From: Gammaproteobacteria bacterium
Lineage (GTDB): Bacteria; Pseudomonadota; Gammaproteobacteria; JBIOEC01
Assembly (NCBI GenBank): GCA_965279305.1
Contig: OZ257143.1
Location: 120,001 to 152,000, forward strand
Direction: 5' to 3'
Length of the DNA: 32,000 nt
The translations under genes were made by a program, and so were the position numbers. The stretch's first letter is position 1, and each line of letters starts with the position of its first letter. Positions 16,596 through 28,670 of the stretch are shown here, piece after piece. The notes beneath the pieces were generated by a model. That model searched no databases, had not been told where the DNA came from, and saw only the letters and a list, made by a program, of their open reading frames with translations.

Positions 16596-17343
16596 AATAA
16601 AACGCATAGTGATCAAAGTAGGATCACAATTGCTAGTATCAAATGGAAAAGTACATTTACCTTTTGTGCGCGCACTCGTTAAACAAATTAGTGCGCTCAG
16701 AAGTAAAGGCATTGAATGTATTTTAGTTTCATCAGGTGCTATTGGCTGCGGCCGCTCTTCATTAAGACGCGCCTCTCAAACACTTAATCTATCTGAAAAA
16801 CAAGCCGCTGCTGCTATTGGGCAAAGCCGTTTAATGCATATTTATAATAAAACATTTGAAACACAAAAAATCAGCACCGCCCAATTATTACTCACTCGTG
16901 AAGACTTAGATAATGAGAAACGCAATACGAATGCGAGTCACACCTTAAAATGTTTATTAAAGAACAAAATAGTGCCTATTATTAATGAAAACGATACCGT
17001 CAGCGTAGATGAAATTAAATTTGGTGATAATGATATTCTTGCCAGCCTTATTGGCAAACTCACTAAATCTGATTTGCTTGTGCTACTCTCAAGCACCAAT
17101 GGCATGTTAGATCCAGCACATGAACGCATTAGCAAAGCGAGTATCAAAGACAAAACCTTATGGAAATGGATCCGTCCTGACAAAACTGCATTAGGAACGG
17201 GTGGAATGGAAAGTAAATTATTAGCCGCCAAAACCATGAGTGAAATAAAAAGATCGACTATCGTTGCTGATGGCAAAATTCCTGATGTTTTAATCAAGAT
17301 AATCGATCAGCAAGATATCGGCACCCTTTTCACCTCAAAATAA
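16570..17343 (+). CDS. proB: glutamate 5-kinase (short form, no PUA domain)
   Basis: RIVIKVGSQLL, SSGAIGCGR and NENDTVSVDEIKFGDNDILASL are present. ATG 16570 is chosen over the track start at 16531, and it overlaps the dsbC 3' end by 26 nt. Confidence 0.85.
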   Translation: MQKRPLPNKIKRIVIKVGSQLLVSNGKVHLPFVRALVKQISALRSKGIECILVSSGAIGCGRSSLRRASQTLNLSEKQAAAAIGQSRLMHIYNKTFETQKISTAQLLLTREDLDNEKRNTNASHTLKCLLKNKIVPIINENDTVSVDEIKFGDNDILASLIGKLTKSDLLVLLSSTNGMLDPAHERISKASIKDKTLWKWIRPDKTALGTGGMESKLLAAKTMSEIKRSTIVADGKIPDVLIKIIDQQDIGTLFTSK

Positions 17344-17346
17344 TTT

Positions 17347-17832
17347 CTACTTTACATAAGAAGCGCGGCTATTGGCGTGGCAGATGGCAATGGCTAAAGC
17401 ATCGGCTTCATCGGCTGTGGGCGCATGAGTGAGATTTAATAAGCACTTCACCATATGCTGCACTTGATGCTTTTCAGCATTACCATAGCCCACTACGGCT
17501 TGTTTCACTTGGCGTGCTGTAAACTCTGCGATGGGTAATCCTTGTTCTGCCAATGCGACTAAGGCAGCACCTCTGGCTTGCCCTAAAATAAGTGCAGAGC
17601 GTACATTTTTTTGCATAAACACTTGTTCAATGGCTGCATGGGTAGGCATATGATCGGCGAGAATAGTTCGTAGCGATCGATATAAAGTATGAAGTTTTTC
17701 TGATGGGGTATCTTTGCCTGTATTAACAACGCCACTGGCGATATAAGTAAAACGATTACCTTGCACTTGAATAATGCCATATCCCATTAGGCGGGAACCC
17801 GGATCAATACCTACTATCCTTGTAGCATTCAT
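17347..17832 (-). CDS. ruvC: crossover junction endodeoxyribonuclease RuvC
   Basis: RIVGIDPGSRLMGYGII, AIEQVFM and the C-terminal ADALAIAICH are present. Confidence 0.93.
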   Translation of the reverse strand: MNATRIVGIDPGSRLMGYGIIQVQGNRFTYIASGVVNTGKDTPSEKLHTLYRSLRTILADHMPTHAAIEQVFMQKNVRSALILGQARGAALVALAEQGLPIAEFTARQVKQAVVGYGNAEKHQVQHMVKCLLNLTHAPTADEADALAIAICHANSRASYVK

Positions 17833-17837
17833 ATTAT

Positions 17838-18569
17838 CTATTCTGAATATTCGATATCGGCGTTGGTATATACCTTCTGAACATCATCTAAATCTTCTAG
17901 CATATCAATTAATTTTTCCATTCTTTCAGCATCATCACCAGCAAGATGAACATAATTACCAGGCATCATCGTCACTTCCGCATTCCCAGGTTCTAAACCT
18001 GCTTGTTTCAATGCATCTTGCACATCACTAAAAATATCGGGAGGAGTGAGCACATCAATACTATTATCTTCGTTAGTCACTACGTCTTGAGCGCCTGCTT
18101 CTAAAGCAATTTCAATGATTTTATCTTCGTCTACACCCGGTGCAAAACAAATTTGACCTAATTTAGTAAACATAAAAGAAACAGAATTTTCTAAACCCAG
18201 ATTACCACCGCATTTAGTAAACGCATGTCGCACTTCACCTACTGTACGATTACGATTATTAGTCATGGTATCTACGATCACGGCAACACCTGCAGGGCCA
18301 TATCCTTCATATCTAATTTCTTCAATATTTTCCATTTCCATATTGCCAGAGCCACGTTTTACGGCACGGTCAATAGTATCATTAGTCATATTAGCGCCGC
18401 GACCCGCATCAATAGCGGCACGCAATCGAGGATTACTATTAACATCTCCACCGCCCATACGTGCAGCTACCGTAATTTCTCGAATATATTTGGTAAATAA
18501 TTTACCGCGCTTTTTATCTTGTGCGTTTTTACGGTGTTGTATATTGGCCCATTTACTATGCCCTGCCAT
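17838..18569 (-). CDS. yebC: YebC/PmpR family DNA-binding transcriptional regulator
   Basis: [27 protein letters not shown] is the canonical N-terminus. ATG 18569 is preceded by AAGAGGAA, and it overlaps the aspS stop by 14 nt. Confidence 0.92.
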   Translation of the reverse strand: MAGHSKWANIQHRKNAQDKKRGKLFTKYIREITVAARMGGGDVNSNPRLRAAIDAGRGANMTNDTIDRAVKRGSGNMEMENIEEIRYEGYGPAGVAVIVDTMTNNRNRTVGEVRHAFTKCGGNLGLENSVSFMFTKLGQICFAPGVDEDKIIEIALEAGAQDVVTNEDNSIDVLTPPDIFSDVQDALKQAGLEPGNAEVTMMPGNYVHLAGDDAERMEKLIDMLEDLDDVQKVYTNADIEYSE

Positions 18570-20343
18570 CTTCTTTTCCTCTTTTAACACTAATATGTAA
18601 TTCTTTTAATTGCTGTGGATCTACTTCAGACGGCGCATGTGTTAATGGGCACGCAGCCGTTTGTGTTTTAGGGAATGCAATCACTTCACGAATAGAAGAC
18701 GCACCCGTCATTAACATCACTAAACGATCCACACCAAATGCAATACCGCCATGAGGAGGTGCACCATATTGTAAGGCATTCAATAAATGTCCAAACTTAC
18801 TTTCCGCTTCTTCAGGGCTAATACCTAACAAATTAAAAATGGTACGTTGCATTTCTAATTTATGTATACGAATCGATCCACCACCCACTTCAATACCATT
18901 TAATACCATATCGTAAGCGCGTGATAAACATCCGGTAGGATTGCGGATCACTTCTTCAACATCCGTAGTTTTGGGTGAAGTAAAAGGATGATGCACCGCT
19001 TCTAAATGTTTTGAATCGGCAGAGCGTAAAAACAAAGGAAAATCCACAACCCACATAGGTTGCCATTCGCCTACCACTAAACCTAAATCATTTCCCAATT
19101 TAACGCGTAAAGCACCAATCGCTTCACTCACTATTTTATATTTATCCGCACCAAAAAAGATAATATCGCCATCTTTAGCATCAACCAGATCTAAAATTGC
19201 ATCGATTATTTCGGGTTTAAAAAACTTAACAATAGGTGATTGCAAACCTTCCGCACCTTGGGCACGTTGATTTACTTTAATATAGGCCAATCCTTTTAAG
19301 CCATAAATACCCACAAACTGTGTATAGTCATCCAATTCTTTACGCGACAAACTTGCAGCCTTAGGCACTTTCATTGCTACTACACGGCCTTCAGGATTAT
19401 TAGCAATATCAGCAAACACTTTGAAATCGCTGCTCTTCACGAGATCAGCAATATCTACCATTTCTAAATCAATACGTAAGTCTGGTCTATCAATACCAAA
19501 ACGACGCATCGATTCATCATATGTCATTTGTGGAAATGGATTAGGTAAATCCACATTCAATACTTCTTTAAATAATTCGCGAATCATACCTTCCATTAAG
19601 GCCATAATGGATTGTTCATCCATAAATGATGTTTCAATATCGAGCTGAGTAAATTCAGGCTGACGATCGGCGCGTAAATCTTCATCGCGAAAACAACGCA
19701 CAATTTGATAATAACGATCAATGCCCGCCACCATTAATAATTGTTTAAAAATTTGTGGTGATTGTGGCAATGCAAAAAAAGAACCCTGATGAGTACGGCT
19801 AGGTACTAAATAATCGCGCGCACCTTCAGGAGTGGCTTTAGTTAAATAGGGTGTTTCAATATCTAAAAAACCATACGCATCTAAATAACGACGTAAGATT
19901 TGTGTAACTTCTGTTCTCACTAATAAACGCTGTAACACTTCAGGACGACGCAAATCAATATAACGATATTCTAAACGTCTTTCTTCGCCTACCGGTCTGT
20001 ATTGATCTACCATAAAGGGAGGTGTTTCAGAGGCATTTAATAAATTCACTTCTTCTGCTTCTAATTCTATTTTTCCGGTAGGCAATTCTGCATTCACCGT
20101 GCCAGTAGGACGAGGGCGAACTTTACCCGTAATTTGCACCACATATTCATTACGCAATTGTTCGGCAGTAGAAAATACTTTTTTATTATCAGGATTAACC
20201 ACCACTTGCAAAATACCCGTACGATCACGAATATCTAAAAATATAACACCACCATGATCACGGCGACGATGTACCCAACCACAAATCGTGATCACTTGTC
20301 CTGCTTGCTCTTCTCTTACGTCTCCGCAATAAATCGTACGCAT
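18556..20343 (-). CDS. aspS: aspartate--tRNA ligase
   Basis: It is class II with an OB-fold N-terminus ([11 protein letters not shown]) and the motifs [26 protein letters not shown] and [11 protein letters not shown]. Confidence 0.95.
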   Translation of the reverse strand: MRTIYCGDVREEQAGQVITICGWVHRRRDHGGVIFLDIRDRTGILQVVVNPDNKKVFSTAEQLRNEYVVQITGKVRPRPTGTVNAELPTGKIELEAEEVNLLNASETPPFMVDQYRPVGEERRLEYRYIDLRRPEVLQRLLVRTEVTQILRRYLDAYGFLDIETPYLTKATPEGARDYLVPSRTHQGSFFALPQSPQIFKQLLMVAGIDRYYQIVRCFRDEDLRADRQPEFTQLDIETSFMDEQSIMALMEGMIRELFKEVLNVDLPNPFPQMTYDESMRRFGIDRPDLRIDLEMVDIADLVKSSDFKVFADIANNPEGRVVAMKVPKAASLSRKELDDYTQFVGIYGLKGLAYIKVNQRAQGAEGLQSPIVKFFKPEIIDAILDLVDAKDGDIIFFGADKYKIVSEAIGALRVKLGNDLGLVVGEWQPMWVVDFPLFLRSADSKHLEAVHHPFTSPKTTDVEEVIRNPTGCLSRAYDMVLNGIEVGGGSIRIHKLEMQRTIFNLLGISPEEAESKFGHLLNALQYGAPPHGGIAFGVDRLVMLMTGASSIREVIAFPKTQTAACPLTHAPSEVDPQQLKELHISVKRGKEDGRA

Positions 20344-20359
20344 AATATTTTCCTATTGA

Positions 20360-20590
20360 TTATTTATCAGCCTCAGAAGAGGATTTTTTTGTTTCTGACG
20401 AGTTTTTAGTACCGCGAAAATCGGTCGCATACCAACCTTCCCCTTTCAATTGAAAGGCAGGCGCTGAAATTAAACGCATTAAATCTGGCTTTCCACATTT
20501 AGGACATTCCACCAACGGCGGATCACTCATTTTTTGCATATGCTCTACGCGGTTTCCGCAACTAGAACACTCATATTCATAAATAGGCAT
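20360..20590 (-). CDS. FmdB-family zinc-ribbon protein
   Basis: MPIYEYECSSCG...ECPKCG shows the paired CxxC motifs typical of the family. It lies immediately upstream of aspS. Confidence 0.8.
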   Translation of the reverse strand: MPIYEYECSSCGNRVEHMQKMSDPPLVECPKCGKPDLMRLISAPAFQLKGEGWYATDFRGTKNSSETKKSSSEADK

Positions 20591-20680
20591 GGATCTAACC
20601 TCGTGAAAACCCCTTAAATTAGGGTGTAAATGCTATTTTAACATAAAATTAGTGGTAATTAACCCCTCAGACAGGACTGA

Positions 20681-21169
20681 CTAGGGGGTCATTTCTCTTT
20701 CTAAGCTCTGCTGTGTTTGCTCCCCCATCAGGGTGGCCACTACTTTGCCTTCGGGGTTAATAATGAAGGTGGTGGGCAAAACCATCACAGGCTCTATGCT
20801 TAGTTGCTCGCGGGGATCATGATCGCTGGTTAATACGGGATAAGTCATGCCATATTTTTCAGCTAAGAGTGCAGTTTCTTCGGCAGTGGCAAAATCATAA
20901 TTCACGCCTAGAACTATAGCGTCCTTATCTTTATGGGCCTGATAAAACGCATCTAACTCGGGTACTTCGGTAATGCAAGGTTTACACCAGCTAGCCCAAT
21001 AATTAACAACAATCCATTTTCCTTTGTAATCCGAAAAACGCCAAGGCTCACCTGTTATGGTGATCAACGCTTTTCCACGATTATCATCTACCACAGTAGA
21101 ATTAGAAAAATCACAACTCACTAAAAACAATAGAGAAAATAAAAAAACAAAATAACGCATACTATTCAA
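20681..21169 (-). CDS. TlpA-family thiol-disulfide oxidoreductase lipoprotein
   Basis: It has a lipobox LFLVSC and the thioredoxin motif WASWCKPC. Confidence 0.8.
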   Translation of the reverse strand: MNSMRYFVFLFSLLFLVSCDFSNSTVVDDNRGKALITITGEPWRFSDYKGKWIVVNYWASWCKPCITEVPELDAFYQAHKDKDAIVLGVNYDFATAEETALLAEKYGMTYPVLTSDHDPREQLSIEPVMVLPTTFIINPEGKVVATLMGEQTQQSLEREMTP

Positions 21170-21175
21170 CCTATT

Positions 21176-23126
<1,951 letters not shown>

Positions 23127-23135
23127 ATAATGTCA

Positions 23136-23182
23136 CCTCTCCAGAGGGAGAGGTCGATGCCGACCTGCAAAGGTCGGCGTCG
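23136..23182. terminator. two GC-rich hairpins in the 69-bp gap between convergent wrbA and rpsI (bidirectional terminator / REP-like element)
   Basis: The first hairpin is CCTCTCC-agag-GGAGAGG (23136..23153). The second is CGATGCCGACC-tgcaaa-GGTCGGCGTCG (23155..23182, with one G.U pair). Confidence 0.5.
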
Positions 23183-23195
23183 GGTGAGGGGAATA

Positions 23196-23648
23196 CTATC
23201 GCTTGGAGTACTGTTCTGCCTTACGCGCCTTCTTCAAACCAAACTTCTTACGTTCAGTTTCGCGTGCATCACGAGTTACTAAGCCTGCTTTACGAAGCAC
23301 AGAGCGAAAACCTTGTGCTCCTACGCCATCAGGGCTGCCGGCTTCATCATATTTGATAAAAGCACGAGAAATACCATGACGAACCGCTTCAGCTTGACCT
23401 AGGTTACCGCCACCGGCTACGGTTGCGTTAACGTCGAACTGAGAAGCTAAATCAAGTACTTCAAGAGGCTGGCGAACCAAACCACGGAAAGTAAGACGGC
23501 CGAAATAGTTATCTAATTCGCGGCCATTAATAACGATTTTGCCTGTACCTTTGGTTAAGAACACACGGGCAGAAGCACTTTTGCGACGGCCTGTGGCATA
23601 AATAACATTGCTAGCTACGGCAGATTTTTTAGACTTTTTAACGCTCAT
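23196..23648 (-). CDS. rpsI: 30S ribosomal protein S9
   Basis: [15 protein letters not shown] and the C-terminal [12 protein letters not shown] are present. Compared with the S9 N-terminus as I recall it (not checked), there is an extra Lys/Ser-rich N-terminal extension. Confidence 0.93.
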   Translation of the reverse strand: MSVKKSKKSAVASNVIYATGRRKSASARVFLTKGTGKIVINGRELDNYFGRLTFRGLVRQPLEVLDLASQFDVNATVAGGGNLGQAEAVRHGISRAFIKYDEAGSPDGVGAQGFRSVLRKAGLVTRDARETERKKFGLKKARKAEQYSKR

Positions 23649-23659
23649 TATTGCTCACC

Positions 23660-24094
23660 TTATGATGCTAATTCTAATACTTCAGGTTGTTGCGCCTCAT
23701 GTGGGTGCTCATTACCTGCATATACTTTCAATTTACGGAACATGTCACGACCTAAAGGGTTTTTAGGAAGCATGCCTTTCACTGCTAATTCTAAGATCCG
23801 CTGAGGGTTCTTAGCCATTAATTTTTCAAAAGTTGTTTCTTTAAGACCACCAGGGAAGCTGGTATGGTGATAATAGATTTTACCCTTGGCTTTATTACCG
23901 GTTACACGGATTTTTTCCGCGTTGATAATAACAATATAGTCACCGGTATCGGCATGAGGGGTATAAATCGCCTTATGCTTACCACGTAGTCTGCTAGCCA
24001 CTTCTGTAGCTAAACGGCCTAACACCTTATTGGTAGCATCAATCACGTACCACTGATGGCTTACGGTATTAGTGCTGGCTTGAAAAGTCTTCAT
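23660..24094 (-). CDS. rplM: 50S ribosomal protein L13
   Basis: [27 protein letters not shown] and [10 protein letters not shown] are present. Confidence 0.95.
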   Translation of the reverse strand: MKTFQASTNTVSHQWYVIDATNKVLGRLATEVASRLRGKHKAIYTPHADTGDYIVIINAEKIRVTGNKAKGKIYYHHTSFPGGLKETTFEKLMAKNPQRILELAVKGMLPKNPLGRDMFRKLKVYAGNEHPHEAQQPEVLELAS

Positions 24095-24200
24095 AAACTC
24101 ACTCCAAAATCTACAAGTAGGCCACTGGGCTGTACCTTATAGTACTGTACCTCGCGAGGACTATCATATATCATAATACGTTCACAAACATGAACCGCGT

Positions 24201-24229
24201 ATTCTACCGGATCCGGTTTTTGGATACAA
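24201..24229 (-). promoter_or_regulatory. candidate sigma70 promoter for rplM-rpsI
   Basis: The minus strand has TTGTAT (24229..24224), a 17-nt spacer and TAGAAT (24206..24201). This would give a ~100-nt leader before rplM. Confidence 0.4.
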
Positions 24230-24300
24230 GCACCCTGGACACCTTTTGAACCCTCAAAGACCATCCAGGGGAGAATTTGATACAAAAGGAAGGAGTCTTT

Positions 24301-25779
24301 ATGGAACTAACAGCCAAAGCCATCGCCCAATTACCCTCCAAAAGTGACTGTCTTATTGTAGGCATATTTGCCAAAAATGAGCTTTCTGACGTGGCAGAGC
24401 AGCTGGATAAAGCCAGTAAAGGCGCTATTAGCTCTTTCCTAGCCCAAGGCGACCTGGGTGGAAAACTAGGACAAACCGCCATCCTTTATAAAATACACGG
24501 TGTTCCAGCAGAGCGCTTATTATTAGTGTCTTGTGGCCCTAAAAAGGGCATTAACGACCAAGATTTCTATAAAATTCTAAAAGGCATTGGTTGCACATTA
24601 AAGCAAACCAAAGCGGCTCATGCTACTTATGCTTTAAATGACCTGAAAGTGGGCGAGCACGATGAAAGCTGGCAATTCCGCCAAGCCGTCATAGCGATAC
24701 GCGATGAAAATTACAGCTTTACTCAATTAAAAAGCAAAGCCGATTCAGCCCCTACTCTAAAACAAATAGATTTTCTAACGTCTGCTAAACACGCACAACA
24801 CGCGATTGATGCCGGAAATATTATTGCTGATAGCGTTAAAATTACAAAAGATTTAGCTTATTTACCTCCTAATATTTGCACACCGGAATATTTAGCAGAG
24901 CAAGCGAAAAAAACTGCTTCAGAAATTTCTTCTATTAAAGTTGAAATATTAGAAGAAGCGGATATGAAAAAATTAAAAATGGGTGCGATATTAGGCGTAA
25001 CACAAGGCAGCAAACATCCTGCTAAATTTATTATCTTAAGTTATAAAGGCGCGAAAAAAAGCGATGAAAAACCTATCGTATTAGTAGGCAAAGGTATTAC
25101 TTTTGATACCGGTGGTATTCAATTAAAAGCACCTGCCAATATTGTTGGCATGAAATTTGATATGTGCGGTGCTGCCAGTGTATTTGGTACTTTACGTGCA
25201 GCTGCATTATTAAAATTACCACTTAATATTATTGGTGTGATGGTATGCGTAGAAAACGCGATTGGCAGCAACGCATATCTTCCTGATAGCGTAGTGACCA
25301 GCATGTCAGGACAAACGATTGAAATAAATAATACGGATGCTGAAGGCCGCGTTATTTTATGCGATGCGCTTACCTATGTTGAACGCTTTAAACCCGATGT
25401 GGTTATTGATATGGCCACATTAACCGGTGCCATCATTACTGCACTCGGCAAACATGCTAGTGGTTTATTTAGTAATAACCAAACATTAGCTAATGCATTA
25501 TTAAAAGCTGGCCTTGAAAGCGGCGATCGCGCATGGCAATTACCGATTTGGGAAGATTATCAACCTCAACTTGATAGCACTGTTGCTGATATTGCAAACA
25601 CGGGTCCTGGTGGTGCAAATAGTATTACAGCAGCATGTTTTCTTGCGCGTTTTACCAAAGAATATCATTGGGCACATTTAGATATCGCCGGCACTGCATT
25701 CCAAACCGGAAGCAAAGCGGTTGCTACAGGTCGCCCTGTTCCCCTATTAGTGCAATATTTATTAGATCGCGCGCAGTAA
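24301..25779 (+). CDS. pepA: leucyl aminopeptidase (M17)
   Basis: VGKGITFDTGG and NTDAEGRVILCD are present. ATG 24301 is preceded by GGAAGGAG; the track start at 24277 is less likely. Confidence 0.93.
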   Translation: MELTAKAIAQLPSKSDCLIVGIFAKNELSDVAEQLDKASKGAISSFLAQGDLGGKLGQTAILYKIHGVPAERLLLVSCGPKKGINDQDFYKILKGIGCTLKQTKAAHATYALNDLKVGEHDESWQFRQAVIAIRDENYSFTQLKSKADSAPTLKQIDFLTSAKHAQHAIDAGNIIADSVKITKDLAYLPPNICTPEYLAEQAKKTASEISSIKVEILEEADMKKLKMGAILGVTQGSKHPAKFIILSYKGAKKSDEKPIVLVGKGITFDTGGIQLKAPANIVGMKFDMCGAASVFGTLRAAALLKLPLNIIGVMVCVENAIGSNAYLPDSVVTSMSGQTIEINNTDAEGRVILCDALTYVERFKPDVVIDMATLTGAIITALGKHASGLFSNNQTLANALLKAGLESGDRAWQLPIWEDYQPQLDSTVADIANTGPGGANSITAACFLARFTKEYHWAHLDIAGTAFQTGSKAVATGRPVPLLVQYLLDRAQ

Positions 25780-25791
25780 AGGAAACGTTTC

Positions 25792-28569
25792 ATGATGGAA
25801 AAAGTTTATAGCCCTAAAACCATTGAAAAACATTGGTATTCCACATGGGAAAAAAACGATTACTTTAAGCCTGCAAAAAATGCAAAGGGTTATTATTGCA
25901 TTGCACTTCCACCACCGAATATTACCGGCAGCTTACATATGGGACACGCGTTGGAAGCAACGCTGATCGATACCTTGATCAGACGTCAACGTATGTTAGG
26001 TAATGACACGCTCTGGCAAGTAGGAACCGATCACGCCAGTATTGCTACACAAATGGTAGTCGAACGCCAATTACCGGAAGGCACTTCTCGCTACGATATT
26101 GGCCGCGAAAAATTATTAGAAAAAATTTGGGATTGGAAAAGTGAATCCGGTGGCCGCATTATCGAACAATTACGCCGCATGGGTGCATCAGGCGATTGGT
26201 CTCGCGAACGCTTCACCATGGATCCGGATATGTCAGAAGCGGTATACAAAGTATTTATTCAATTATTTGATGAAGGTTTAATTTATCGCGCTAAAAAATT
26301 AGTGAACTGGGATCCGGTTTTTCACACTGCCCTTTCTGATCTAGAAGTCATGAGCGAAGAAGAAGATGGTTTTCTTTGGCATATCGCTTATCCATTAGCC
26401 GATGGTAAAGGATCACTCACTGTTGCAACCACTCGCCCTGAAACTTTATTAGGTGACGTGGCCGTTGCAGTGAACCCCGATGATGAACGTTACCAACAAT
26501 ATATTGGCAAAGAATTACTATTACCGCTCGTTAATAAACGCATTCCGATTATTGCCGATAGTTATGTAGAACCTGAATTTGGAACCGGTTGCGTTAAAAT
26601 AACACCCGCACATGATTTTAACGACTTCGCCATTGGCCAACGTCATCAATTACCTATTATTAATATTTTAACTAAAGAAGCGCATTTAAATGAAAACGTG
26701 CCTAAAGAATATCAAGGCTTAGAACGCTTTGCCGCCCGTAAAAAAATTATTGCTGATTTAGAAAAAGCAGGCGCACTGGTTGAAACCAAACCCTACAAAC
26801 GTATGGTTCCACGTGGTGATCGCTCAGGCGTTATTGTAGAACCTTTATTAACTGACCAATGGTTTGTCAAAGTAGAATCATTAGCCAAACCTGCGATTAA
26901 AGCGGTTGAAAATGGCGATATTCGTTTTATTCCTGAAAACTGGGACAAAACCTATTTCCATTGGATGAATAATATTCAAGACTGGTGCATTAGCCGACAA
27001 CTTTGGTGGGGACATCGCATTCCCGCCTGGTATGATGATAACGGTAATATTTATGTAGGAATGGATGAAAAAGAAGTACGCAGCAAATATAAACTTAAAT
27101 CTGATATTACATTACATCAAGACTCAGATGTATTAGATACCTGGTTCTCTTCTGCATTATGGCCTTTTGCGACTTTAGGTTGGCCAGAAAAAACTGAAGA
27201 ATTCAAACACTTCTACCCTACCAATGTATTAGTCACCGGATTTGATATTATTTTCTTCTGGGTCGCACGTATGATTATGTTTGGTCTGAAATTTACGGGA
27301 CAAGTGCCTTTCAAAGAAGTGTTTATTCACGGGTTAGTGTGCGATAACGAAGGCAAAAAAATGTCTAAATCCAAAGGCAACGTTATCGATCCGATTGATT
27401 TAATTGAAGGTGCCACCTTAGAAGACTTAATTAAAGAACGCACCAAAGATATGATGCAGCCGCAAAAAGCCAAACAAATGGCTGATGCCACTAAAAAACA
27501 ATTCCCTGAAGGCATTCCTGAATTTGGTACCGATGCGGTACGGTTTACGTTTTGCTCACTACCTTCCATGAATCGACATATTCCGTTTGATTTAGACAGA
27601 GTAGCGGGCTATCGCAACTTCTGTAATAAATTATGGAACGCCGCACGATTTGTATTAATGAATGTGTCTGAAGCCAAAACAATAAATGAAATTTCCGTAA
27701 AAGAAATAAAAGCCTCACCTAAAAATTCTCATATTATTAATCAATGGATTGTCAGCCGTTTACAAAACACGATTACGGAAGTGAATAAAGCGATTGATGA
27801 ATATCGTTTTGATTTGGCAGCACTTGCACTTTATGAATTTACCTGGCACGAATACTGCGACTGGTATTTAGAATTAACCAAACCCTTATTAAATAACGAT
27901 GCATTTAGCGAAGAGCAAAAAGCCGATACTCGCTACACATTAGTGTCCGTATTAGAAACTGTATTACGGTTATTGCATCCTATGATTCCTTTTATTACAG
28001 AAGAAATTTGGCAGAATATTGCGCCCTTACTAAACATCAAAGAAAAAAGCATAATGGTAGCGGATTACCCTCAAACCAATCAATCATTAATCAATGAAAA
28101 TGCGATTGCAGATATCACCTGGTTACAAAAAGTGATATTAGCTATTCGTAACTTACGCGGTGAAATGCAAGTATCCCCTGCTCAACCCATTACGGTTTTA
28201 TTTAACCAAGGCAATAAAGCGGATAAAAAACGTATAGAAGAATATCAAATATGGATCCATACCTTAGCCAAAGTAAAAGAAAGCTCATGGCTAAGCAGAA
28301 AACCACCTGAAGCTGCTACAGGATTAGTAGATGAATTAGAAATATTTATACCGCTAGAAGGTTTAGTAGACAAAACCGCAGAAGCCGCGCGCTTGAAAAA
28401 AGAAATCACTAAAATTGAAGAAGAAACCCATGTACTTCAACAACGCCTAGACAACCCAGGCTATAGAAGCAAAGCCCCAGCAAACGTAGTAGCACAAGCA
28501 GAACAACGCCTAGCAGAACTCAAGCAAAACCAAGTAAAACTCCAATCCCAACTCGATAAGTTTTCCTAG
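25792..28569 (+). CDS. valS: valine--tRNA ligase
   Basis: It has the HIGH region PPNITGSLHMGHA, KMSKSKGN, and a C-terminal coiled coil. It starts 12 nt after the pepA stop. Confidence 0.95.
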   Translation: MMEKVYSPKTIEKHWYSTWEKNDYFKPAKNAKGYYCIALPPPNITGSLHMGHALEATLIDTLIRRQRMLGNDTLWQVGTDHASIATQMVVERQLPEGTSRYDIGREKLLEKIWDWKSESGGRIIEQLRRMGASGDWSRERFTMDPDMSEAVYKVFIQLFDEGLIYRAKKLVNWDPVFHTALSDLEVMSEEEDGFLWHIAYPLADGKGSLTVATTRPETLLGDVAVAVNPDDERYQQYIGKELLLPLVNKRIPIIADSYVEPEFGTGCVKITPAHDFNDFAIGQRHQLPIINILTKEAHLNENVPKEYQGLERFAARKKIIADLEKAGALVETKPYKRMVPRGDRSGVIVEPLLTDQWFVKVESLAKPAIKAVENGDIRFIPENWDKTYFHWMNNIQDWCISRQLWWGHRIPAWYDDNGNIYVGMDEKEVRSKYKLKSDITLHQDSDVLDTWFSSALWPFATLGWPEKTEEFKHFYPTNVLVTGFDIIFFWVARMIMFGLKFTGQVPFKEVFIHGLVCDNEGKKMSKSKGNVIDPIDLIEGATLEDLIKERTKDMMQPQKAKQMADATKKQFPEGIPEFGTDAVRFTFCSLPSMNRHIPFDLDRVAGYRNFCNKLWNAARFVLMNVSEAKTINEISVKEIKASPKNSHIINQWIVSRLQNTITEVNKAIDEYRFDLAALALYEFTWHEYCDWYLELTKPLLNNDAFSEEQKADTRYTLVSVLETVLRLLHPMIPFITEEIWQNIAPLLNIKEKSIMVADYPQTNQSLINENAIADITWLQKVILAIRNLRGEMQVSPAQPITVLFNQGNKADKKRIEEYQIWIHTLAKVKESSWLSRKPPEAATGLVDELEIFIPLEGLVDKTAEAARLKKEITKIEEETHVLQQRLDNPGYRSKAPANVVAQAEQRLAELKQNQVKLQSQLDKFS

Positions 28570-28613
28570 GATTCTCACTATATCAATATAAACCCTAAGT
28601 ACTAGTGAGGAGC

Positions 28614-28642
28614 TTGACGCATTAGTTATCTGACTATATAAT
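28614..28642 (+). promoter_or_regulatory. near-consensus sigma70 promoter
   Basis: TTGACG (28614..28619), a 17-nt spacer and TATAAT (28637..28642) are present. Because the ATG at 28641 sits inside the -10 box, ATG 28671 is the more likely start of the downstream gene. Confidence 0.5.
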
Positions 28643-28670
28643 GCTGATTTTAACCACCAAGCGGTCATTT

